Assembly (NCBI GenBank): GCA_965225855.1
Contig: CBDDCK010000001.1
Coordinates: 192,001 to 256,000, forward strand
From: Spirochaetia bacterium
Lineage (GTDB): Bacteria; Spirochaetota; Spirochaetia; SP-2023
Reading direction: 5' to 3'
DNA: 64,000 nt
Shown: piece by piece, positions 41,216-49,008 of the stretch
Position numbering within the stretch: position 1 is the first letter of the stretch
Layout: every line of letters starts with the position of its first letter
The notes under the pieces: model-generated
Database searches by the model: none
The model's input: only the letters and a program-made list of their open reading frames with translations
Told to the model about the DNA's origin: nothing
Position numbers and translations under genes: made by a program

Positions 41216-41313
41216 AAGCGGTGCCAGTATACTGTAGAGAAACATCGATACAACAGCAATCTGCCACGAAAAAGGAAGACGATCATAGCCCCTTTAGGTA
41301 TACTGGCCGACTA

Positions 41314-43437
41314 ATGAACAACCAGAAACAATCTAGTAATAACTATAAGCAAAAAACCGATAGTGGCCAAGCACAAAATATGCCATCGCTAGCACCCTTA
41401 CCCTATGCCCATATTGTATTTGTCAATGCTATTCAGCTAGGCCCTTATGCCCTGAAACCTTTGCAGTTTGGCCAGCATGCTTGGGAGCTTACTTTAGAAA
41501 AATTGGGCCAGTTACCCCATAAGCAGCTTCCCCACGCCATGGAAGGTAGCATAGATAGACTGCCTTGCATTTGTTTATTGCCCCCCCAGTCGGCTCATTT
41601 GCCCAATGATATAGCTACGGCCTTAGCACCAGAAATACTGCGCCAGCGGGGCTTGCATCCTTTGCATTTAAAGGACTATTCCGAAGCGGCTCTAATTACG
41701 GCAATACGCCAAGGTATAGAACTGTTTTACCCCCAAGCTTTCCGCCCCGACCCTACGATAAAGGCCTTAGAAAAATATTTAGACTACTTGGATAAGCAAG
41801 AGGCACCAGAACAAGAACCTACAAAAACAAAAGTAGATGATGAAGCCTTCCGTGAAGATGTTGCACTGCCTTTAGCTATGCGCTTCGGCCCCGAGCAACT
41901 GGACAGTAAACAACTATTTTTGGCAGAGAATCTAACTTCCCGCCAAATTCATTGCTACTGGATTGAAGGCGATGCTCCATTACTTTCGCTAGAGCTAACC
42001 CAGCAACTATATGATAAACATCATAACTTTGCTGCCGAGTTTAGTTTTACAGATATCTACCCCCAGGGTTTGGTACCCATATTATTCCAAGCCGCTATAT
42101 TGAGTCGCCTATGGTTTCTCAAGCGGGAACAGTATCCTTCGGGCATATCTTCAAGTATAAAGCCCCAGATTCCCACGCTCAATCCAGTGCCCACTCTCAA
42201 TATTGGGGAAATCGCCGAACGCGATTTAAATTTGTTTGCTGCCGAACCGTTGCTATGCTCTAAAGATTATCGTCTGCTGCGTTTAGATTTGCGAGCTAGC
42301 AACAAACGCCAGTACCAAATATTACAAAGCCTGTACCACAATCTGGCTTCAGATTTGCAACATTCAACAAGAACAAAACACCAAATACCAGTCCAAAAAA
42401 TTCTGCATTGGGTGGAACATTCAGCTGAAAGTCTGCGCAGTTTGCCGCGTTATTTTCCCATTCAAATTTCTGCTACTTGCGCACAGCAATGTAGTTATTG
42501 CCCATATCCTCAAATCGCCGAGCCCCAGTTGTTTCCGCCGCAATCTTTGCGTGCTTTGCGCAAAGATGACAATCCTGCCAATTTTATGTCCCGCCCATTA
42601 TGGCGCAAGCTACTAGCTGCCATCACTGAATTTGCCGGCGATGGGGTGCTCAATCTTTCTCCTTTAGGAGAGCCTTTGTTACACTCGGAATTTGTCGGTT
42701 TTATAGAAGATTTGCAGCCATATCCCTCGTTGGAATTAGTTATTGAAACCAGCGGTAGCCACTGGGAAACGCAGCCTATCCAGCGGTTGCAAGAATATAT
42801 TCAAGCGCACATGCCAGGGCGTATTACTTGGATTATTAGCCTTGATGCCTTAGACCCCAAGTTGTACCAGCAGTTGCGCTCTACAGAAGAAAGTATTTCC
42901 CCATTGACGGGCATGACGCCTAGCCAGCAAAAGGCACATAGTTTAGTGGAATTATTATTAAATTATCATCAATCGGTTTACGTGCAAGCAGTCCGCATGC
43001 GCGACAATGAAGCGGATTTAGAGGCCTTTTATCGCTATTGGGCCGAAGGTTATAAACCTCAAAATGGGCTGGCAGCCCAAGCCCTGAAGGAGCAACCCGT
43101 GCTAAAAACTTTTCCACAAGTGATTGTACAAAAATATAACTCCTACGCTGGCCTTTTGCCCGAACGCCAATTGCTTTCGCTAGAGCCTGTCGAACGCTTC
43201 CCTTGCCGCCGCTTAGCCCGCGAAATGGTATTTGGAATCAATGGAGAGGCCTACCTTTGTGTTCAAGATTTACAGCAAAAACTTTCCAAGGAATTAGAGC
43301 TAAGCCTAGGGGAATTCCCACAAAAAAGTTTAGAAGAACTATGGAGCGTTGGGCACAACTTGTACCAACAGCACATTAAAGCCAATTATCCTAGTATCTG
43401 CCAAAATTGTGATGAATATTATGTTTATAACTTTTAA
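41314..43437 (+). CDS. Radical SAM/SPASM domain protein (spirochete spiro-SPASM type)
   Basis: CAQQCSYC (CxxxCxxC), GEPLLH, C-terminal R.PC..L...C...CQNCDEYY; N-terminal degenerate cytidylyltransferase-like region (GDAPLL). Confidence 0.8.
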   Translation: MNNQKQSSNNYKQKTDSGQAQNMPSLAPLPYAHIVFVNAIQLGPYALKPLQFGQHAWELTLEKLGQLPHKQLPHAMEGSIDRLPCICLLPPQSAHLPNDIATALAPEILRQRGLHPLHLKDYSEAALITAIRQGIELFYPQAFRPDPTIKALEKYLDYLDKQEAPEQEPTKTKVDDEAFREDVALPLAMRFGPEQLDSKQLFLAENLTSRQIHCYWIEGDAPLLSLELTQQLYDKHHNFAAEFSFTDIYPQGLVPILFQAAILSRLWFLKREQYPSGISSSIKPQIPTLNPVPTLNIGEIAERDLNLFAAEPLLCSKDYRLLRLDLRASNKRQYQILQSLYHNLASDLQHSTRTKHQIPVQKILHWVEHSAESLRSLPRYFPIQISATCAQQCSYCPYPQIAEPQLFPPQSLRALRKDDNPANFMSRPLWRKLLAAITEFAGDGVLNLSPLGEPLLHSEFVGFIEDLQPYPSLELVIETSGSHWETQPIQRLQEYIQAHMPGRITWIISLDALDPKLYQQLRSTEESISPLTGMTPSQQKAHSLVELLLNYHQSVYVQAVRMRDNEADLEAFYRYWAEGYKPQNGLAAQALKEQPVLKTFPQVIVQKYNSYAGLLPERQLLSLEPVERFPCRRLAREMVFGINGEAYLCVQDLQQKLSKELELSLGEFPQKSLEELWSVGHNLYQQHIKANYPSICQNCDEYYVYNF

Positions 43438-43464
43438 TTGCTGCAGCTAATTAGAAATATTGTA

Positions 43465-45585
43465 ATGAAACAAGATGAAATGACCAAAGCTAAAAACTCG
43501 AAGCAAAAATCAAGGGATTTTCCAAAAGAGGCCAAGCAACAAAAAGCTCAAAAAACAATAGGAGAGAAAAAAGCCAAAATAGCCGACCCAAATTCAAGTT
43601 TTACTGCCGATTTACCGCCCCAATTGCAGCGCGATTTAGCCGAGCTTCCCGATAAGCCGGGAGTCTATTTAATGCATAATCAAGCTTCACAAATTCTCTA
43701 TATTGGCAAAGCAAAAAATTTACGCAACCGCGTGCGCTCTTATTTTGTTGGCAATAAAGACCTCAAAACAGAATTACTACGGCGCAAAGTAAACCATGTA
43801 GAAATTTTGCTCTGTGCCAACGACTATGAAGCTTTACTTTTAGAAAATAACTTAATTAAAAAACATAAGCCCCGCTATAATATCAACCTCAAAGATGACA
43901 AAACTTACCCGTTGATTTGCATCAGTGGGGACGATTTTCCACGTATTTTTAAAACACGACAAATCAGGCGGGACGGTTCACAATATTTTGGCCCCTATCC
44001 TGTGGGGGTGCAATTGGATAGCCTATTACAGCTTTTGAATGAATTATTCCCACTGCGGCGCTGCAAAAGCCCTTTAGTACTGCGTGAAAAGCCTTGTCTA
44101 TATTACCATCTCAAACAATGCCTAGGCCCGTGCATTGGGGCCGTCAGCAAAGAAGAATATTCTGGCTATGTACACAAGGCAAAAAATCTATTGCAAGGTT
44201 CTAGCAAAAAGCTGCAGCAGGAATTGGAACGCAATATGCGCAAAGCCGCCGAGGAGTTGCATTTTGAAGAAGCGGCACGATTGCGCAATCAGTTACACAA
44301 TTTGCAAAATTTACGGCAAAGCCAGAGCATGGAATTACAAGAACGGCCAGAAATTTCCCGTGATTATCTGGCGATGTTACAATTGCAAGATTATTATTTT
44401 TTCACTGTATTACTTTTACGTCAAGGGAAATTACTGGGCTATCACCATTTTTCTAGTCGCTATTTGCTAGAAGATCGTACTTCGCAAGATTTAAATATAG
44501 ATATAGCGCAAATAAAACGCGCTTCTTTGTTAGGGCAAGCAGGGCAACGCAAACAAGCATTGAATGCTGCGTTGGTCGAATTTTTGTGCCAGTATTATTT
44601 GGAAAACGGCCATGAACTACCGCACGAATTGTATTTGCCCGAATTAGACTTAGACTGGGAAGAGCTGGAATTATTTTTACAATTACTTGCAAAACAACGA
44701 GGTAAAGCTTTTAAGATTCAGCCTTTTAGCCGCACGCAACAAGCGGCGAATAACCGTCTCTTGCTACTTTGGGCCCATGAAAATGTAATTCGGCAGCAGC
44801 AAGTTTGGCTGCGCTACCAAGGGCGCAGCTTGATGATGGAAGAGCTGCGCAAGGCATTAGATTTGGAAGAACTGCCTGATCATATTGAAGGTTTTGACAT
44901 ATCTCACATAGGGGGGCAAGCTACGGTGGCTTCGCTAATTGTGTTTCGAGCAGGTCGGCCAGCAAAAGATGAATATCGTAGTTTTAATTTGCAAACAACC
45001 GAAGGCCATATAGACGATTTTGCTTCTATGCAGGAAGCAGTTTCACGGCGCTACACTCGTTTGCTCAATGAAATGCAACCATTACCCGATTTAATTATGA
45101 TTGATGGCGGCCAAGGGCAGGTTAATTCTGCTGCTGCTGTTTTGCGTTCACTGGGTTTGGCCATTCCGATAGTGGGTTTAGCTAAACGCCAAGAAATTTT
45201 ATTTTTCCCCAATCTAAGCTATGAAGATGGCATTAGCGATTCATATTCACAGGTTCGCGCTCCATTGGATTTGCCTTTGGGACACCCCGGGCTAAAATTG
45301 TTACAACAAGTGCGAGACGAAACTCACCGCCGCGCCCACGGTAGTAATCGCAAACGCTATCAAAAAAGAGTGTCTAGCAGTGTGCTAGAAAATGTCCCGG
45401 GAGTGGGAAAGAAACGGAGCCATAATTTGCTACAGCAATACGGCTCGTTAGAAACATTGAGCCAAGCGAGTGCCGAAGAACTAGCTAAAGCAGGACAGAT
45501 GGGGTTAGCGATAGCGGAAACTTTGGTAGAATATTTAGCCCGCCGCAACAGCAACACGGGAGGCAACACAGAAAATGCAAAATAA
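43465..45585 (+). CDS. uvrC: Excinuclease ABC subunit C
   Basis: GIY-YIG (PGVYLM...YIGKAKNLRNRV), IEGFDISH, IDGG.GQ, RDE.HR, C-terminal HhH. Confidence 0.96.
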   Translation: MKQDEMTKAKNSKQKSRDFPKEAKQQKAQKTIGEKKAKIADPNSSFTADLPPQLQRDLAELPDKPGVYLMHNQASQILYIGKAKNLRNRVRSYFVGNKDLKTELLRRKVNHVEILLCANDYEALLLENNLIKKHKPRYNINLKDDKTYPLICISGDDFPRIFKTRQIRRDGSQYFGPYPVGVQLDSLLQLLNELFPLRRCKSPLVLREKPCLYYHLKQCLGPCIGAVSKEEYSGYVHKAKNLLQGSSKKLQQELERNMRKAAEELHFEEAARLRNQLHNLQNLRQSQSMELQERPEISRDYLAMLQLQDYYFFTVLLLRQGKLLGYHHFSSRYLLEDRTSQDLNIDIAQIKRASLLGQAGQRKQALNAALVEFLCQYYLENGHELPHELYLPELDLDWEELELFLQLLAKQRGKAFKIQPFSRTQQAANNRLLLLWAHENVIRQQQVWLRYQGRSLMMEELRKALDLEELPDHIEGFDISHIGGQATVASLIVFRAGRPAKDEYRSFNLQTTEGHIDDFASMQEAVSRRYTRLLNEMQPLPDLIMIDGGQGQVNSAAAVLRSLGLAIPIVGLAKRQEILFFPNLSYEDGISDSYSQVRAPLDLPLGHPGLKLLQQVRDETHRRAHGSNRKRYQKRVSSSVLENVPGVGKKRSHNLLQQYGSLETLSQASAEELAKAGQMGLAIAETLVEYLARRNSNTGGNTENAK

Positions 45586-45603
45586 AAGGAGCGTTTATTT
45601 TTT

Positions 45604-46398
45604 ATGGAAGGAATCATTATTGTCGGTTATGGCCGCATGGGTAAGGAAATAGAACAGCAAGCTGCCCAAATGGGTATTAGCGTTTGTGCGGTGGCCGACA
45701 ACCGCAGAGAGCTTGAACAACTGGGAGTTCAATGGCAAGTTGATAGGCAGCTAAAGGCAGGGCGTATTGCCATAGAGTTTACCGGTGGCACAGCTGCTAT
45801 AGAAAATTTGGAATATTTATTAAAACATGATATTCCCATCGTTTGTGGCTCCACCCCGTGGAATGAACAAAGCCATGCAGAGATACTAAAATTACGCAGC
45901 GAACGCCAAGGCTATTTAATGTTGAGTAGTAATTATAGTATTGGGGTCAATATCTTTTGGCGTGTAGTGCGTGAAACCAGCCGCTTGATGAACCGTTTCC
46001 CTCATTACGATTTGGGCATTTACGAACAGCATCACAACAAAAAGGCCGATTCCCCTTCCGGTACGGCGGTAAGTGCTGGCAATATTGTCTTGCAAGAGGT
46101 GGAGCGCAAAATCCGCTTACTCTATGGCAAACCGCAAGATGCGCAAGGCCATGAGCGCCCTATTGATGCTGCTGAATTGCAAGTAAGCTCCCAGCGTTTG
46201 GGGCATATTTGGGGAGTGCACCAACTACTGTGCGATAGCCCAGAAGACTCTATCACTATTTCACATCAAGCGCACAATCGCACAGGGCTAGCACGCGGTA
46301 CGCTGATTGCTGCCCAGTTTTTACAGCAGCAAGTGGATAATAACAAACCGGGCTTTTTTTCTATGGGCGAATTGATGGATTATTTTTTACAATCTTAG
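45604..46398 (+). CDS. dapB: 4-hydroxy-tetrahydrodipicolinate reductase
   Basis: GYGRMG, EFT, NYSIGV, E.HHNKKADSPSGTA, H.AHNR...ARG. Confidence 0.93.
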   Translation: MEGIIIVGYGRMGKEIEQQAAQMGISVCAVADNRRELEQLGVQWQVDRQLKAGRIAIEFTGGTAAIENLEYLLKHDIPIVCGSTPWNEQSHAEILKLRSERQGYLMLSSNYSIGVNIFWRVVRETSRLMNRFPHYDLGIYEQHHNKKADSPSGTAVSAGNIVLQEVERKIRLLYGKPQDAQGHERPIDAAELQVSSQRLGHIWGVHQLLCDSPEDSITISHQAHNRTGLARGTLIAAQFLQQQVDNNKPGFFSMGELMDYFLQS

Positions 46399-46479
46399 CT
46401 CTTTTATGCAGAATTAACGAAAAAAGGCAAGCAAGGCTTGGCCAAAGTTTATCTTGTTACAAAAAATTCTTGTTAGTTA

Positions 46480-46609
46480 TTAAGAAATTCTGTTGTTGGG
46501 TATTAAGAAACTCTCTTGTTGGGCATTAAGAAACTCTCTTGTTGGGCATTAAGAAACTCTCTTGTTGGGCATTAAGAAATTCTGTTGTTGGGCATTAAGA
46601 GACTCTCTT
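46480..46609. repeat. Tandem 23-bp repeat, ~5.6 copies (ttaagaaactctcttgttgggca)
   Basis: Units start at 46480, 46503, 46526, 46549, 46572, 46595; no spacers. Confidence 0.92.
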
Positions 46610-46686
46610 AATTGTTATGCCAACGTTCTGGCAATAATTATTCAAAGCTATTACTAAAAAAAGTTTGTAGCCTTAATAAATTTTTC

Positions 46687-46717
46687 CAGCCTTGGTATTT
46701 TCTCCATACCAAGGCTG
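46687..46717 (-). terminator. Hairpin downstream of the silent cassette, homologous to the paralog terminators
   Basis: cagccttggtat-tttctcc-ataccaaggctg. Confidence 0.6.
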
Positions 46718-46756
46718 CAATAGGTCAATGCAAGCGTTGCAACAACCAAACCTTAC

Positions 46757-47014
46757 TTACCAACTTGTAACTTTAATACTAGTGGTTGGGTCTTTTGTGC
46801 TACCACCTGCAAATCCTGCTGCTGCTTCAAGGTTGCCAGCCTTAACCAGTATCTTATCGGCTTTGGCTTTTACAGTACCGCTTAAAGTAATAATTAAGTA
46901 GGTTGCACTTGCTTCAGAACCTGTGGCTTTGTTTGCACCTGCAGTTGAGTGCTGTGGTAATGTGAATCTCTTAGTACGATCACCGGATACAAGCGTCAAT
47001 TTGCTAAAGTCCCA
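46757..47014 (-). pseudogene. Silent inverted 3' cassette of the modular lipoprotein family (C-terminal part of a B module plus stop)
   Basis: Reads WDFSKLTLVSGDRTKRFTLPQHSTAGANKATGSEASATYLIITLSGTVKAKADKILVKAGNLEAAAGFAGGSTKDPTTSIKVTSW*; preceded by an in-frame TAA; no RBS or leader. Confidence 0.88.
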
Positions 47015-47033
47015 GACTTATTTCTAATAAGAG

Positions 47034-47951
47034 TTATAAAGTATTTAACTCGTCCAGGTAGGGAATAGAAGGAGCTGCCCCTACCCGCCCGACTGCCAGA
47101 GCTGCGGCACGGCTACCTGCCTTTAAAGCCTCAAAAAAATCTTCATCTTTTAGGATTGCAGCAGTATAGTAACCAGCAAATGTATCGCCCGCCGCGGTGG
47201 TATCCACTAACGGAACAGGATAAGCAAGCAGGGAATAGTCCTGTTGCCTATAGCTGCCCCAAACCCCATCTGCGCCTAAAGTTATCACCAAACGAGAATT
47301 TGGCATACGTCTTTTTAATAAATTAAAAGCAGTTTCAACCGAAGTCGCCTCCGCCAAGTCCATGGCTTCAGTTTCATTTACCAACAAAGTGTGAAGCTGG
47401 GTATAATCAATTTTTTGTAGGTCTGGACAATAGGGTGCTGCATTAAAAATCACCGGAATATGGTGCGTATGGGCACAGTCTAATAGAGCGGGTAAGCCGT
47501 TCATTTCATTTTGACATACTACAGCCGAATAACAATCAGGCGGAATTGTTGCAGATGTAAATAGCTGTCTTACAGCAGTATCCGTCCAAGAATGATTGGC
47601 ACCGCTATACAATACGATGCTGTTCTCGACTGTGCTGTTCTGGCCTTCACGCCCAACCTGAATCATTGCATGCCCTGTATGGTAACCTTCCCAACATTGG
47701 GTAAAAGTACAATCTACCCCATTATCTTCCAAAAAGGTACGCAACCACAGGCCATCACTGCCAATACGCCCGGCATGGCACACCGACATTCCGGCCCGAG
47801 ACATCGCTAGAGATTGGTTTAAACCTTTACCACCCGGATGCACGGCATAGCCTCCTGGCTCAATTGCAGCAAGCGTCTCACCAGGACGAACTATATGCTC
47901 TAACTGATACACATGATCTATATTCAAAGAACCAAAGGATAACACAGGCAT
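47034..47951 (-). CDS. rbsK: Ribokinase (PfkB family)
   Basis: GSLNIDHV, PGGKGLNQS.A, NETEA, DTTAAGDTF.G; GGAG RBS before MPVLSFGS. Confidence 0.85.
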   Translation of the reverse strand: MPVLSFGSLNIDHVYQLEHIVRPGETLAAIEPGGYAVHPGGKGLNQSLAMSRAGMSVCHAGRIGSDGLWLRTFLEDNGVDCTFTQCWEGYHTGHAMIQVGREGQNSTVENSIVLYSGANHSWTDTAVRQLFTSATIPPDCYSAVVCQNEMNGLPALLDCAHTHHIPVIFNAAPYCPDLQKIDYTQLHTLLVNETEAMDLAEATSVETAFNLLKRRMPNSRLVITLGADGVWGSYRQQDYSLLAYPVPLVDTTAAGDTFAGYYTAAILKDEDFFEALKAGSRAAALAVGRVGAAPSIPYLDELNTL

Positions 47952-48064
47952 AATACTTTCTATCTTCTCCAATTGATCTTGCCATGCAAGCCAAAACCAA
48001 ACCCAAACCAAACAACCAATCAATTCCGGTTGCTGAGCAACGGTCGCAGCCATTTTACCAACTT

Positions 48065-48269
48065 GTACGGCGGGCCACAACATCTGCGGTAGCGTTCAAA
48101 GCCAGCAATTAAAATATTACGGCCACTAGCCTCAATAATAAAAATTACGTCAGCCACAATAAGAAGTTACATTGAGAATATCTAAAGCATTTCCCAGCAA
48201 TTGCCAGATCAACACCCCCTGTAACGTCCCAACGATTTTGACCGAACCACCAGCTAAACTGGTACCAAC
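48065..48269 (-). pseudogene. 3' remnant of a sugar ABC transporter permease (RbsC-like)
   Basis: Minus-strand frame VGTSLAGGSVKIVGTLQGVLIWQLLGNALDILNVTSY matches the GGTSL.GG.G.I.GTL.GVLI...L.N.L.ILNV.SY permease motif; frameshifted afterwards; truncated at leader 3. Confidence 0.65.
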
Positions 48270-48274
48270 CAACA

Positions 48275-48296
48275 CCCCACCCCCCAAACCCACCCC
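48275..48296 (-). other. Canonical G-quadruplex motif G4-T-G3-TTT-G6-T-G4
   Basis: Plus strand cccc a cccccc aaa ccc a cccc. Confidence 0.75.
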
Positions 48297-48585
48297 ACCT
48301 AATAACTACCCCAGCCCCAAAGCAACAAACCCAAAGCAACAAACCGAAATAGCCATACAAACGCACATACAAACGCAATTGGGCAATTGGTTTGCCGATG
48401 CCAATCTACAAGTCATCGCCTGCTTTACCACAATACACCTTTCCGGCTTGGTATAAAGTATTATTCCAACTTGGTGCAATATAACTTTCCGCCTTCGATC
48501 AAGGCCTTGATCCGCATTGGAGTAAGGTATTGATCGAAGGTGGAGAGATGTATCATAGCAAGGCACTAAAAACCATAAAAATAAG

Positions 48586-48814
48586 CAAGCCATAGACTTG
48601 CTAAAACCCAACAACATCGTAAAAAGCCAAAACTGGGACGACCTCAAATAGGGCCAGTATGCCGATGCTTTGACCTTAGCCCACAGCGTCAATGCTGGCA
48701 TTTTAGACGACTTGCACAATATCTGGCTATATATTGCGGGCCTATGACCCCAACTGGGATATATTGATACCACCCAATGGTTGGCATGGTTGGCGTTGCG
48801 CCTGCTATCGCATA
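48586..48814 (+). pseudogene. Mu gpF-like head morphogenesis gene remnant, copy 3
   Basis: WDDLK*GQYADALTLAHSVNAGILDDLH, then ILRAYDPNWDILIPPNGWHGWRCAC. Confidence 0.68.
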
Positions 48815-49008
48815 GCCTTAAGCCTTTTGATTGGCATGGATTTTGAACCACCTTACAACACTAACACACAAAAAAAGTGCCCAAACATAAAAAAACTTAC
48901 AAAAAGCTTGTATAGGCCTTGACGCAACACCCCCCCTAGCAAAATGGGGATTTACAGACTAGCCCGTATGGGTTGGCCAATCTTTATCCCTTGTTGGAGG
49001 TATTGCTT

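Larger units (their letters stand above)
48275..49008 (+). repeat. Conserved leader, copy 3
   Basis: Near-identical to leaders 1 and 2. Confidence 0.95.

Noticed and set aside
46480..46609. CRISPR array
   Set aside because: Repeats are head-to-tail with no unique spacers and no cas genes nearby
47952..48083. N-terminal extension of the ribokinase ORF in the ORF track
   Set aside because: The extension runs through simple repeats and the permease remnant; a GGAG RBS and the family N-terminus support the ATG at 47951
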